Below, piece after piece: positions 48,171-61,750 of a DNA stretch of 64,000 nt. Location: assembly GCA_030324005.1 (NCBI GenBank), contig JARDVH010000193.1, positions 19,606,423-19,670,422 of the forward strand, in the 5' to 3' direction. Origin of the DNA: Negaprion brevirostris (lineage: Eukaryota). How positions within the stretch are numbered: position 1 is the stretch's first letter; the number at the start of each line of letters is the position of its first letter. The position numbers and the translations under genes are program-made. Under the pieces are notes generated by a model. That model was not told where the DNA came from, made no database searches, and was given only the letters and a program-made list of their open reading frames with translations.

Positions 48171-51100
48171 GCATAAGGAAATTTGCATAACTTTGGAAAA
48201 TGCAATTTTATCTCTGTGTTGACTATATCCAGGAGGTTTTGACATTGTGCACTTTCGAGAATGCCACGCCTTGCTGTTAGATGACCATTTACATTTACAC
48301 AATTGCACAATATTAAGGGCATCCAGTAAATAAAATCAAGCACTTTTCAAAGAAAACAATGTTCAAATGGTAATTTGCCTGGCATTTTTGTTTAATGTAC
48401 AGTTATAGAAATGGCACAGTTGTCTTTTCCCCCTTTTTAAAAGCTGCTTTTCCATGTTCTGACATGAAGGATCTGAAAGCGGTGCTTTAACATGAGTGCC
48501 TGAGCTGTTTTCATTTAGCTATTTTATCAGTTTTAAACCTGAAGTAACATTATTGCTCCTGGCTAATTGTATTGAAAACGTCCGATTTTGTTTGATGTTT
48601 GCTTAAGATAAAATTATTCCTTTTTTTTAATAATTTAAATAACATATTCCTTTCAATAACAAAGAATCGCACAATCCATTATCAGTGGAAATTTTAAACA
48701 TGAACACTATAAACTAAGCAATGATGTGCAGCATAAGTAACCAAATGCCAAAAGAGCTGCCACCAATTACTTCTCGTTAATTTGATTTAGTAAATACAAA
48801 ATTATCGTTGAAAAATTAACAAATAGAAAACAATTCAATTTTGGTTAAAGATTCATTTTCCAGTGCAAATACAATGGTCCAAAACTGCTCAAATGATTGA
48901 AAGATGAGGTGTATAGAATCACAGGGGAATAATTAATATTTTTTAACCAAGGACCATGATACAGCAATCTATTTGGGAATTTTGTCAATTTACAAAGCGA
49001 TAAGGTATGGTTTGTTTGAAGGAGTAGTGCTGGAGTCAATGCACATCTTGTATCACAAAAAAACATTACAAATGATGCAAGACAAATCTACCAGCCCTTC
49101 TATTTGGCCCCATAAATTTGAAGAACTTAAACAGGTGGATGTTTAATCCTGATTTGAAGAGGTGAATTTTATGCCATTTTAAAAGGAATACAATGGTCCA
49201 AAAGATCCTTTTTTATTTGTGATATTTAATCAAAAATCGTAGTGTGTGATGCATAATGCATGCTGGTTTGTGCCAATATATTGGTGTAATAAAGTGTTTT
49301 TTTCAAATGCATTGTAATACTAAAGGAGATGAGCTTAAATTATACATGAACTGTGGGTAGGTTGAATTCGTTCAGTGCAGACTATAGGTGAATCTTGCAG
49401 TGACCTTGGTAAGCTGGGGTAGTATAGAATAACAGTTGGTGAAATGACTGGAAATCCTACCATTTCAAGTGATTGCTGAGTCGAGAGTAGCTGACTCCAG
49501 CATTATTCCTGTCAAATGATATCGAAACTGAGTTTTAAAAACTGCTAAAAGAACACCCAAGTATTGACTTCCCTGAGAATTAATTGTGCAGTATTTGATA
49601 AGTGTAACATAACCTGTGTAAAACTCAGATTAATTGGAACTATTTAGCAATACTCTTTGCTGAATACTTCAAAGAGACACAAAGCAATTTGTTTGGCATT
49701 ATTACTGTCTAGAACGGATGGATTTGTATTTATTAATAGCGATTATACTAAAATAATATTCCAGGGTGAACTTTGAGGCCGTCGTCAATAAATGCAACAT
49801 GTTTTAACTGATTTTTTTAAAATTGAAGTTGGACTGTAGCTTGGCAGTAGGAAAAGTCCAAGATCATTCCAACTGAAGGAAAACTGGGTGACATTTCTCA
49901 GTGTTCTGTGAATCAGTCATAGTTCTGGAAACTTGTCTGTAGATTTACTTTTTCAAATCACCAATGTCGTTGACAAAATAGTAAAGATGAGAAATATGCA
50001 TTGAAACTGCTTTTTAATACAAGTCCTTGCAATCTGGAAAAATGCTCATATCTAACAGTATCGATTAGTAGGTGAGTCCTCTTTTGAAACGTGGTGTGGA
50101 CATTAGTGACTTATAAAAAGAAAACTAATTGCATTTACAATATTCCTGTTGCATTTCCTTTGATTTCTATTTGTTGCAAGAGTAAATGCAGATGACAGCA
50201 ATAAGGATACTGGTTTTGAAGGAATTTCTTAGCTGAATTTATACATGCCATTGAAACTTCCTTGATTAAAAAGTGGATATACACATATTAGACCAGCTCT
50301 TTCCTAGTTCTGGATTCAGTCATATCAATTGTCCTGACTGTGAGGGTGAAAAGCCTCCCTTAAACAAACAGAGACAGCTTGTTTTCTTCTGTAATTATTG
50401 AAATAGCATTCGCAGAAATTGCATTTTTTTTGAAGCCCTTATGTTGCCTGGATTTTATTTGAGAATCAATAATTATGGAAGGACCTTCACCTCATGAACC
50501 AAATATTCAGAAATGACAAATTAGAGGGGAAAGTGGGTGAAAGCCAATAATTAGTTTGAGCAGTTTGAATATTAATTGAAGCACTGATGATGATTAGCCT
50601 TCAGTGGTTGTTAGCTGGATGGACCATTTATTTTTCCAAAATTATACAATCTTCAGATAGCATTGATAGAGATCATCAGATGAACCAGATTTAATTTTAC
50701 TACATTGAGAATGGGTATTGAACAAACATGTTTTGAAAATTGAAATTTGACAAGGGTTCAGTTCTTTTATTGATGAAATTCTACTAAATTCCTTCCATTT
50801 TTTTCTTTTTAACCTAAGCATACAGAAATTAAACCCTGTTATGAATTAAATTGGATACTGTTGAAGAAATTAATAGTCAGATCAGGATGCTCCACAACAC
50901 TGTCATCATTCCTGAACTGAATTTCACATTTATTTCTGATCAATTAATAACAATTTGGAGAGATATGTGCTAACGTCACTCATCTTGCTTAGCTTTATTA
51001 CACATAATGGGTTAAGTATGAGATGCAATTGTTAGACTAAATATGGAAAATACTTGGGAAATTAATCTCATGTTGGAAGAGTCCTCTTTTGAAGAAAAAT

Positions 51101-52111
51101 TAATTATGATGCTTTACAATGTTATTTTATCTTGCTCTGTTGTTTTGTTTAATTAATGAAGAGCTGACGATACTATCGTGGCTTCAGAGGGTTAATAGCC
51201 TACCAGTGGCAGATTATAACAACACTGTACAAAAAGTTTGTGTTACTGACTATATGAGGGAGCTGAATTGATATTAATGGAAATTATCATAAACTTAACA
51301 CTATTGCAGCATCAACTATGTGTTAACTATCTCCATCACTTCATTTATTGGGTTCCATTGTCCTCCCAATCCAATAGACCAGCCCAAGTTGAAATTAGAA
51401 CTTGAAGTAGAAAAGCAACTACGATTGACAGAACAAAATCAAAGCATAAAAAAGAACTATAATTATTTTTGTAATTGTGACTTTTGAAGGAGTTCTGATA
51501 GCGAAACCAATTTTTAAAAGGGTTTTTGATGGAATTTGCATATATTAAAATTATAGGCATGTGGAATTGTATCTCATTTTCATGTGTGTACAGTTGGTTG
51601 ATTTATTAATTTACTTCATAGAATAATAGGTGTTAGATTTCAACTCCAAATCTATTTTTCTATTCCCTCTGCTCTGAAATGGTGAGCATTTCATTGCTGC
51701 CGTTCCTTTCCCTGGGTTTCAGATGGTGTAACAAATGTCAGTGGACTGTTTGTATCTAGAAATAGCAGTAAAGAGATACTAACATCACCAAATTCACTCG
51801 ACAGTACCAAAGGTAGAATTAGTCACAGTAAAGGAGGAATACGCACCTTCCTTTGTTGGAAAACTCCGTGCTATTTGTACACCAGGAGCATTCTGTACTT
51901 CCAACAAAAAGAAAAAAATTGACATTTTTTTTCACAAAGCTAAGTGACTGAATACAAACCATTCACTTCAATTCCTGAGCAATAAAGATGCTTCTTGGGG
52001 AAGTGCTGAAAAATAAAATGGTTGTACATGATATTTCAGTTGAGAAGCTTTATTCTGTGGGAAGCCACATAAAGAAAGGAATTGAGGCCTCTTTTAGCTT
52101 GTTCCTAAAAA

Positions 52112-53060
52112 AGGGCTTTTGCAGCTAAAACAGTATGGTGGTGAACTTGAGCCCATGCTCGCCGTTTGTGCGAAAGCCAACAGGGGTTCAAGTTTCAGAA
52201 GATGAGCTCGTGATTTTGGATTCTGCCTCTTGCTACTGACATAATCAGGTTCACATCAATAATGGGCGTAAACATGCTTTACGTGCATTTGAGTAGATTT
52301 TAACATAACTAACCCACATGCTTCGCCAGATATTGATCCCCAGCCCCACTGTAGAGTGACAGTGAGCCAACGTGACGCCACATCAGAGCAGCTTACAACA
52401 GGTTCCCCTAGACATGAACCTGTTTTGGGGATCTTCCCGGGGAGGGGGTGGGGCACGCAAAAGTAAGTATAGCCCCTGGGGGAGAGGGTCTTGGATAGTT
52501 AGTGGGCTGGCACTCCCCTGCTAATCTGGCAGTGCCAACCTGTGCTAATCGGCAAGCCCGAATGGGAACCTCATGATTGGGAGGAATTTATGTGGTGGTG
52601 GTCAGGAGTGGGCAGAGGAGCTGGGGATTTTGGTGATGGCCATTTGGCGGTGGGGGTGGTGGAGCTGGCTGCTGACTCAGACTGTGGAGGAGGGGAGAGT
52701 GATTGTGGGGGAGGGTGGGGTGAAAGGAACTAATGATCAGAGGGGGCGAGAAGTGCCAACTCTGATTGGAAATGGGGAGAGGAGCCCCAAAGACCTTGGT
52801 GATGGGCTAGGGTGGGGGGGAGGTTTATTTACATTCTGATTGGGGTGTCCTTTAAAGATGGTGGCTCGATCTCTAAGCAGCTGGGTTTTGCTGGAGTGTT
52901 GAGATCCCATCCGCTTTATATTGGAGTGAAACACGCCCCCGTGTCTTTTTGACAGCGTCGTAAGATCCAGAGAGTAAATCAATGGGTTTCTCTGGAGCGA
53001 AACACTTCAGGTTTTTCCACCTGAAACAACAGTCTCCACTTTGTGGTTAGGTTTAGCCTT
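52112..53060. mobile_element. Non-autonomous DNA element, G-rich body
   Basis: GC/G-rich island in AT-rich context with ctggcactc/ctggcagtgcc motifs related to 23791 and 38915, apparently in the opposite orientation. Confidence 0.45.
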
Positions 53061-53699
53061 ATCGTAGAAATCATAGAAATTTAACCCTTTTCTCTGTGAA
53101 CAAGAGGCTGATCTGATTATATTGTGTAACCACCCAATCATCCGCATTTTACATTTGCCCCTTTTCCATANNNNNNNNNNAGTCGTGGCTTCAACTGCTG
53201 ACCTGAGGATTACAGGAGTGATTGAATGCATTGCCTAACGCCTGAGGTTGAAAATGTTGCAAAGCGACATATGTAGCAAGAGCTCTGTTGCATCTGTCAC
53301 TAAACCAGAAACTGGAGGATTGTGAAGACTGATGCGATGTTAATCCAGCAATATTTAAACTGAATTAAAAATAATTGTTAAACACGCAAAATTGTTAAAT
53401 CACTATATCAATTCAACTTTGTTCTTTCGACTGAAACTGTGTGTGTTTTGAATCTAATTGTTGGCAGTAATGTTCCTGGAAGTGCTGAAAATCCATAGCC
53501 ATTAAACTAAATCTGATAGCAGGTTTGCTTTCGGAACAAGGGTGTAAAACTATTTGCTAAGGTCCACATCACTGAACTTGCTCATGTCACAAAATTAGAC
53601 TGTGTATCATTCATTAAACTTTATCTGAAGAACTCAGGTTAAGATGCTGCAGCACATCTGCGTTCCAGCTATCTCAAATGCCTCACCACAGTAAACTCA

Positions 53700-53985
53700 T
53701 TGGATGGATTTTTCACATCCCACCCATCACGGGGATCACAGTGGAAGGGAGACGGTGGGATTTTCCAGTCTTGGGGTGAGCGTGGCTGGAAAATCGTGCC
53801 CATTGTTTCAATATGTAAGTTCTTTCATCATCTTCCGTGGATCCTCCGATGACTGAAGCATTAGCTTGGCATGGATATGCACAGAATTGGTGACATCCGT
53901 TGGAATTTTCTGGGAAACCCTGCTGACAATGGCTGGCAGCCTCCACCACTGTGAAACATGTGGCGCGTGGGAAATCCCAGAGATT
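53700..53985. mobile_element. Two hairpin MITEs (53700-53805, 53895-53985)
   Basis: ggatggattttt...ggaaaatcgtgccc; gttggaattttc...gggaaatcccag. Confidence 0.6.
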
Positions 53986-54284
53986 GTTGTTGACTTGGGG
54001 GAACTTCTGCAGCTGGACCACTTATAGCCTTCCACTGAGCACATCAGGTGTCCTGTGTTTGGAGTAGTTGCCCTCGAAACATAATGAACAAAGCTCAGTG
54101 CTTGCCTCCATGTGGGCTGGTCGACTGCAATGTCTTCTTAAGAGGAGCAGTCTGCAATGCATCAGTTTGTAAGGTGATTTTTCAAGAAGAATTTACAATT
54201 GATCCCTTAAATTAGGGGGAAATTAGAGGCCTAGTTATAAGGATATTTGCATGTATTGTGAAGCAGTTGACTGAACCGCTCAGA

Positions 54285-54540
54285 TTTAAAGTTTATTCAT
54301 TAGTGTCACAAGTAGGCTTACATTAACACTGCAATGAACTTACTGTGAAAATCCCCTAGTTGCCACATTCTGGCACCTATTCGGGTACACTGACCGAGAA
54401 TTTAGAATGGCCAATGCACCTAATCAGCACGTCTTTTGGACTGTGGGAGGAAACTGGAGCACCCAGAGAAAACCCACGCAGACACAGGGAGAACGTGCAA
54501 ACTCTACACAGACAGTGATCCAAGCTGGGAGTTGAACTGA
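54285..54540 (-). mobile_element. V-SINE with Rex/Babar-like tail (head truncated)
   Basis: aaagtttattcattagtgtcacaagtaggcttacattaacactgcaatgaacttactgtgaaaatcccctag...V-domain. Confidence 0.9.
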
Positions 54541-55235
54541 TTGCTTTCTTCACTGAAGTATAGAACAGGGAGGGAGACCTGGAAAACACAAGACAGGTGG
54601 TGTACATCTTTTCCACCTTGTGGTAACCTGGAGGAGCAGTTATTCCTGGAGATGTCACCACATGATCTCCAACCATCCCAGCATACATCATCCTCACAGA
54701 GCACCTATGTCCCAACTGGAAAATGAATCAAATCTGTGTTACCCGACTGGATAATTTTTGACTGCCAGTCAAACAATTTTTTTCCCCATCTCAGATACTT
54801 TTACAACAAAGATCAATTTTATTTAAAAATATCTCTCCTCAATGCTGCAGAGTCTTTCTCCAGTGTTGCTCACAGCAGTATACTGGAGATTAGTCTTTAA
54901 TTCCTAGAGACCCCAGGGTAATCCTTCAGGGGTTAGCAACCTTAGTTGTACAACAGGTGAATGCTTTGCTTTCCCAAGACACCACAAGGTGTTGAGGTTG
55001 AACATTGATCCACAGGGATGAACATACATCACTTACTGATGATAAGAAAGTAAAATTTACCTCCTATTCCTGTAAAAGGGTTTCATTCAAAAATATCCTG
55101 CAAAATGATAAATGTGCACCTCTTTAAAGTATAAANNNNNNNNNNNNNNNNNNNNNNNNNNNNNNNNNNNNNNNNNNNNNNNNNNNNNNNNNNNNNNNNN
55201 NNNNNNNNNNNNNNNNNNNNNNNNNNNNNNNNNNN

Positions 55236-55535
55236 AGTGTTTTTTGTCTATGGGAAATTTTGTTTGATTGGAAAATTTTAGATATATTTTTTAAGGATTA
55301 TACATGATCATGGTTGTTTTGTTTTTGTTTCTAATTGATAAAAGTTATTTCTAATTTTCTTTCTATACATTCTTAAATGTATTCCTAAATAAACTTTGTT
55401 TGATAAAAACTCCCTAGTGGATCATTTGAATCATACCTGAAGTGAAACAAATCATGCTTATCCTAGCCAAATTCAAAGTGCAAACTTATGATTCAAGTGG
55501 GCTTCATGAAACAATTTCTGATCTGAATTATAACA
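55236..55535 (+). mobile_element. Probable LTR 3' part
   Basis: AATAAA near 55388 followed by a U5-like tract ending ...ATAACA that abuts a decapitated SINE; the 5' end is lost in the gap. Confidence 0.4.
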
Positions 55536-55780
55536 GCTCCCTCACAGCGCCGGGGACCCAGGTTTGATTCCCAGCTTGGGTCACTGTCTATGGGGAATCT
55601 GCACATTCTTGCCATTTCTGTGTGGAAGACATGCTGGTTCGGTGCATTGGCCATACTAAATTCTCCCTCGGTGTACCCGAACAGGCGCCAGAATTTGGTG
55701 ACTAAGAAATTTTCACAGTGCAGTGTTAATGTAAGCTTACTTGTAGCACTAATAAATCAAAACTTAAAAATTTTAACTTA
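55536..55780 (+). mobile_element. V-SINE with Rex/Babar-like tail
   Basis: ctcacagcgccggggacccaggtttgattccc...gtgtacccgaacaggcgccag...gtaagcttacttgtagcactaataaa. Confidence 0.85.
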
Positions 55781-55819
55781 AACTAGACATAGAAAAGGAC
55801 ATACCTACAATACTCTGGT

Positions 55820-56007
55820 CACTGAAAGTAAGCATGGAGGTACAGCAGGCATTCAAGAAGGCAAATATTATATTGGTTTTCGTAGTGAGAAGATTTGAGT
55901 ATAGGACTAGGGATGCTTTTTTTGCAACTGTATAGGGCATTGATGAGGCCGCACCTGGAGTTTGTGTGCAGTTTTGGCGGCCTTATGTGAGGAAGAATGT
56001 CTTTGCT
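55820..56007 (+). mobile_element. CR1 fragment
   Basis: SLKVSMEVQQAFKKANIILVFVVRRFEYR..QLYRALMRPHLEFV. Confidence 0.85.
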
Positions 56008-56265
56008 TGTAATAACTCCATGGAGGTGAAAATCCCATCACCAAGTTACTTTCTTTACACCATACATCTGTACACAGCCAGCTCTCCAGTTGCTCCCTGC
56101 TAAATGCAGGCTGGGAGTCTAACACACCTGCTATAAATAGGGAGCACGAGGCTCCCTGATCTAACAATCAGTTAGGACTCATTCAGTACTTCTTTTCTGG
56201 AGGGACTCATTAGGTAGTTCATACTCTAGCAAGCCAACCTCATGAGCCTGGCTGAAGTCATCACA
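56008..56265. mobile_element. Probable solo LTR
   Basis: TGTAATAAC ... GTCATCACA imperfect inverted termini and internal TATAAATA; no clear target-site duplication. Confidence 0.45.
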
Positions 56266-56440
56266 GTTTTCTCCCACAGTCTGAAAGAATTGCTACTTAG
56301 GTGCATTTGGCCATGATAAAAATTCTCCTTCTGTGCGCCCGAACAGACACCAGAGTATGGTGACTTGGCGATTTTCACAGTAACTTCATTGTGGTGTTCA
56401 TGTAAGCCTACTTGTGACACTGATAAATAAACTTTATTAA
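56266..56440 (+). mobile_element. V-SINE 3' half with Rex/Babar-like tail
   Basis: ctcccacagtctgaaag...gattttcacagtaacttcattgtggtgttcatgtaagcctacttgtgacactgataaataa. Confidence 0.85.
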
Positions 56441-56864
56441 TACTGGCGAGTTTCATACCAGTTGGTTGTGAAACAATAGTACAGTTAAGGTGAAACCATG
56501 CAAACGCTACCATGTCAAGGTTATGAAATTTACAGCTGTAACTAAGTTTTATTTTGATTACCAAAATCAATGAATCAGTGCTCCTGAATGTAACATCGTT
56601 GGTGTTAGAATCACCAATATTCAAATCTGACAACAATGAATAAAAATGCAGCTTTCCTTTGCAGGGCCACCATTCTAGGTGTGGCCAAGTGAAATAGACT
56701 GAAGCTATGCACATCCATCCGCTTGCACTGTTTCCCAGACTGTAAGCACCATTTGGGGTACATTCATATTTATATCTCCCATTGCAACTGGCCTAGACAT
56801 CAAGTGATGGGAAGCAGAACTGACTGCCTTAACGAATCGAATGCTCATAAAAACAATTGTCAGG

Positions 56865-57205
56865 AAGAACTGGAGTTTTCCACCTCTTCAAGCCTCAGTG
56901 CCGCTACAAGTGAGGATGGCAAATTTGGGACTCAGCCAAATCTCCATTTACCAAAGTGGGACCAGGGAATCCTGCTGGCGTGAACGGCTGGAATTTTCCA
57001 CTGTGTTTTTTTTTAAACGAAAACGTGGCACAGAATCCTTATAGGTAAGTTAAGTAAATGTGTTTTGGTGAATCTCCATTGATGTTGCCCGGAATTTTCG
57101 AACTGTTCATGTCCCACTGTGGGGAATTTGGCACTCAGCCAGATCTCCGTTCACAGTAGCAGGTCCGGAAAATCCCACCGGTGTAAACAGTCAGAGAATA
57201 CTGCA
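56865..57205. mobile_element. Cluster of hairpin MITEs
   Basis: Repeated module aaatttgg(g/c)actcagccaaatctccatt...gaatcc(t/c)gc at 56920 and 57123, also at 58136. Confidence 0.6.
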
Positions 57206-57292
57206 TTCACTTCAAACATGTTGAGAATTGTCTTTATTTGAGAATGGGCTTACATAAAAGTTATTGGTATTGAAATAAGTTTTTACACATTA

Positions 57293-57810
57293 ACATAGAA
57301 AATAGAAGCAGGAGGAGACCATTCGGATCTTCCAGCCTGCTCCGCCATTCATCACAATCATGGCTGATCAATCAACTCAATAGCCCAATCCCGCTTTTTC
57401 CCCATACCCTTTGATTCCATTCGCCCCACGCAAGATATNNNNNNNNNNNNNNNNNNNNNNNNNNNNNNNNNNNNNNCTGCCTCTTGAGCACATTCAATTT
57501 TTTAGCATCAAGTACTTCCTGTAGTAACGAATTCCACGGGCTCACCACTTTTTGGGTGAAGAAATGTCTTGTCATCTCTGTCCTAAATGGTCTACCCTTT
57601 ATCCTCAAACTATGACCCATGGTTTGGACACACCCAGTATCAGGAACATCCTTCCAGGATCTACGCTGTCTAGTCCTGTTCAAATTTTACAAGTCTCTTT
57701 GAGAATTCCCCCTCATTTATCTGAGCTCCAGTGAAATCAATCCTCAACGAGTCAATCTTTCCTCAGACATCAGTCCCGCCATCCCCAGAATCAACCTGGC
57801 AAACCTGGTA
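57293..57810 (-). mobile_element. CR1/HER1 LINE 3' end
   Basis: MGHSLRIKGRPFRTEMTRHFFTQKVVSPWNSL and 3' UTR. Confidence 0.9.
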
Positions 57811-58104
57811 AAAAGTACAAGTACGTAACTCTTTTCTAGTTACGGGTCAATTGGTGTGAATTTGTCTCTCAATAACATTTAAGTCCAACCGTGCATTACT
57901 TGAATTGGGATTCTGTCATCTGAAAAATAAGGGGAACATTGCAGTGCTTATAAATAAATAAGAATGCACATAAACAACTATTCATGTTGAATACTTCTGA
58001 ATAAGGTGGAATACACAACAGTCATAGGTTAAGTCCCAAACTTTCATTGAATAACTTAGAGTATTATTGTAAAGCACCCACGTGTTGCAAAGTTTGCAGA
58101 GGTG

Positions 58105-58212
58105 ACGGCTGGAATTCTCTGTCCTCTGCCAGCGAGAATTTGGCACTTAGCCAAATCTCCATTGACTGTAGCGAGACTGGAGAATCCCAGCTGCGGGCAA
58201 GGGCAGAGTACT
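58105..58212. mobile_element. Hairpin MITE
   Basis: cggctggaattctctg...gggcagagtactac; same family as 56865. Confidence 0.55.
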
Positions 58213-58706
58213 ACAACTGACATGTCTAAAGAAAGAAGAATGCTGTGTTCACCTTAGAAAATTATGTTAGTTCAAGCAGGAAGAGAGATGGAAATACCAT
58301 AGAGGTTTTTAACTTGCGTGTTTAACACTGCCTCTCTTTTGCTTTCCCATTTAGAATGGGAGCTCACATGGATCTGCCTCTAACACAGAGACTCAGAGTT
58401 CAATGGGATGGGGCTCCTTCTCCAAGTTTAGGCATGTTATCCAGTTGCTGTTCCAGGTGTTATATCCCCCACTTACTCTTAGCTCCTGCAATGTTGGTGA
58501 GGTAACATCACGACAAATTAATGGAGCAGGATGGGGAAAAAAAAAATTTTCACTTGATACACCAATTATTCATCGTGGCTCTCAGGATGGAGGGAGTCCC
58601 AATTTTTTGCAGTCTGTAACATCAGTGCACTGTTTTTGCAAATACCATGAGCAGCAATGTGGAGTAGGAGAATTTTCTATTCAGTGTCACAAAATTATAG
58701 GCCAGG

Positions 58707-59158
58707 CCAGGATACTGGAGATGAGGGGGTTAGCCTGTGAGGAGAGATTGAATAGACTGGGTCTATACTCGTTGGAGTTTAGAAGGCTGAGGGGGGATCT
58801 TATAGAGACATATAAGATAATGAAGTGGATGGATAGGGTAGAGGTAGAGAGATTCTTCCCGCTTAGAAAGGATAGCAGGACTAGAGGACACAGCCTCAAG
58901 GTAAGGGGGGGGACAGTTTAGATCAGAGTTGAGGAGGAACTTCTTCACTCAAAGGGTGGTGAATCTCTGGAATTCTCTNNNNNNNNNNNNNNNNNNNNNN
59001 NNNNNNNNNNNNNNNNNNNNNNNNNNNNNNNNNNNNNNNNNNNNNNNNNNNNNNNNNNNNNNNNNNNNNNNNNNNNNNTCAGCCATGATCTTATTGAATG
59101 GCGGGGCAGGCTCGGAGGGCTAGATGGCCTACTCCTGCTCCTATTTCTTATGTTCGTA
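58707..59158 (+). mobile_element. CR1/HER1 LINE 3' end
   Basis: ILEMRGLACEERLNRLGLYSLEFRRLRGDLIETYKIMK...SRTRGHSLKVRG; RRNFFTQRVVNLWNS. Confidence 0.95.
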
Positions 59159-59419
59159 TGATTCTTCAGATAGAGGGGTTTCCCTTCTCACCATCTAAAC
59201 AGTCAGCAGGAAACACATCCCATCAATACTGCCTGCCCCACAGTGATTTCAATTTCCAACTCCACAACAGAAGTTCCGACCAGCATTCATTGGCAGGAGG
59301 CGGGACTTCTACCCCTCACTCACCTCAGAAAACTGCTGGCCAGTCTAGTTGGTCTCTGCAGCATCAAAAGCTGTGGTGAACAAGGATGGGACTACAAATA
59401 AGACAAGCAAAACTGTTAG

Positions 59420-59975
59420 ACATTAGTGAGGCCACACTTGGAATACTGTGCACAGTTCTGGTCACCTGTTATAGAAAGGGTATTATTAAACTAGAAAGAG
59501 TGCAGAAAGGATTTACTAGGATGCTCCCAGGACATGATGGTTTGAGTTATAAAGAGTGGCTGGGTAGACTGGGACTTCTTTCCCTAGAGCTTGCAAGACT
59601 TAGGGGCGATCTTATAGAGGTCTATAAAATAATGAAGGGCATAGATCAGCTAGCTAGTCAACATCTTTTCCCAAAAGTAGGGGAGTCTAAAATTAGAGGA
59701 CATAGGTTTAAGGTGAGGGGGAGAGATACAAAATGATCCAGAGGGCTAATTTTTTCACACAGGGGATGGTGTGTGTCTAGAACAAGCTACCAGAAGCAGT
59801 AGTAGAGTCAGGTACAATTTTGTCTTTTAGAAAGCATTTAGACAGTTACTTGGGTAAGATGGGTTCAGAGGGATAAGACCCAATGCGGGCAATTTGGAAC
59901 TAGCTTAGTGATAAAAACTGGCTGGCATGGACAAGTTGGGCTGGAGTGCCTGTTTTCATGTTGTAAACCTCTATG
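59420..59975 (+). mobile_element. CR1 LINE 3' end (another subfamily)
   Basis: YRKGIIKLERVQKGFTRMLPG..GLSYKEWLGRLGL...RGDLIEVYKIMKG...RGHRFKVRG. Confidence 0.93.
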
Positions 59976-60577
59976 CCCAAGGCTAGTCCTTAAAAGCTAA
60001 GTTCTGGAGTCAAAGAAGCAATAAGTTTGAGACTCAGGTTGGGGAACAAAGAACAAGATCAGCCCGGGAAACAGGCCCTTCGGCCCAACGAGCCCGCGCC
60101 GCCATCTCAACACCACCAGTCCCCCTCTCCACCCNNNNNNNNNNNNNNNNNNNNNNNNNNNNNNNNNNNNNNNNNNNNNNNNNNNNNNNNNNNNNNNNNN
60201 NNNNNNNNNNNNNNNNNNNNNNNNNNNNNNNNNNTCAGCCCGGGAAACAGGCCCTTCGGCCCAACGAGCCCGCGCCGCCATCTCAACACCACCAGTCCCC
60301 CTCTCCCCCCATGACCCCTGTCTAATGTTTTATGGCCATCCAGATTGACATAGGGGAGACCTGGGAAATAGACGGGGGTAGTGTATGACAGTGGAGAACT
60401 GGGGTGTTGGTGGAGAGCCAGTGGCGGGATAGGGAAGGAGGGTGGTATGGAGATTCTGCCATTACCAGACGATGGAACAGGGGAGGGGGATGAATTTAAA
60501 AGCAAGCTGCTGATGGAGATGGCTCTCCCCACTCCCATCCATTGTCCTTACCCAAATACTTTCTCTCTCCTCAGCCC

Positions 60578-60825
60578 ATAGAAATCCTCCTGCCAGCCTG
60601 AAAATTGAGGCTGGCAGGAAATGGTCCCTAAATGGCAAATAATTGGCCACTGAAGGACCCCATTTGTGGTTAAAGTAGGTGGGCCATCTGAGGCCTTGCC
60701 CATACCAGCATAAAATTGCAGACAGGTGGGGGCAGACGGATTGGGTAGGAATTCCATCCAAGGAATTTTACACTCGCCACATCCCCTCCTCCCCCCACTG
60801 ACAGAGGAGCATAAAATTCTGCTCA
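60578..60825. mobile_element. End of a Harbinger-type non-autonomous element
   Basis: Hairpin cctgccagcctgaaaattgaggctggcagg and terminal gcataaaattctgctc resembling the MITE TIRs. Confidence 0.45.
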
Positions 60826-61271
60826 TAGTTTCAAAGCATTGATGGAACGTAACTGAAGATGCCAGAATGAAATACTTATTTTGTTATACAAGACATTAGG
60901 CCAGGAATGGTTAATGTAATGAGTTGAATGTAGCAAACAGTGGTTTATTGAAATTCAAATGAACAAAAAAAGCAATCAACCAAGGACCAGACGCAATTAA
61001 TGTGTAATTAATAAATATGAGAACAATGGAAGAAAGTAGCGATCGGCTACTTTTTGTTATTGCTTTAAAAACTTGATGAATAATGCATGAGTTCCTCATT
61101 AATTGTAAAATAATTGAAAACTGAACAGGATTTCTAATTACTTATGACATGACAACTTGCTGGGTAATCTTGAGTCTTCGACATTTGGTTTGTTTGAGTC
61201 CAAGAATTCACCCATTCTATCGACAATGTGCTTTATTCCGAAAGGTGGGGACTTGTCTTAACAGTAAACAT

Positions 61272-61750
61272 TGGCATGGTAGCACAGAGGTTAGCACTGC
61301 TACTTCACAGTGTCTTGGACCCAGGTTCAATTCCGGCCTCAGTGACTGCCTGAGTGGTGTTTGCACACTCTCCCTGCGCCTGCAAGGGTTTCCTCCGGGT
61401 GCTCCGGTTTCCTCCCACCGTCCAAAGATGTGCGGTTTAAGTTGATTGGCCATGATAAATTACCCAAGTGTCAGGGGGATTAGGAGAGTAAATATTTGGG
61501 ATTATGGGACCTGGGTGGGATTGTTGTCAGTGTAGGNNNNNNNNNNNNNNNNNNNNNNNNNNNNNNNNNNNNNNNNNNNNNNNNNNNNNNNNNNNNNNNN
61601 NNNNNNNNNNNNNNNNNNNNNNNNNNNNNNNNNNNNGTGTCAGGGGGATTAGGAGAGTAAAGATTTGGGATTATGGGACCTGGGTGGGATTGTTGTCAGT
61701 GTAGGCTCGATGGGCCAAATGGCCTCCTTTTGCACTGCAGATTCTGTAAA
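61272..61750 (+). mobile_element. HE1 V-SINE (CR1 tail) with a gap-associated duplication
   Basis: Head, V-domain gtttcctccgggtgctccggtttcctccc, tail ctcgatgggccaaatggcctcc. Confidence 0.9.

Noticed and set aside
60059-60310. 76-bp direct repeat flanking a 100-N gap
   Set aside because: Near-identical overlap across a fixed-size gap with one substitution; most likely an assembly or haplotype artefact
61468-61705. 69-bp duplication inside a SINE around a gap (also 46094-46226)
   Set aside because: Same gap-flank overlap artefact
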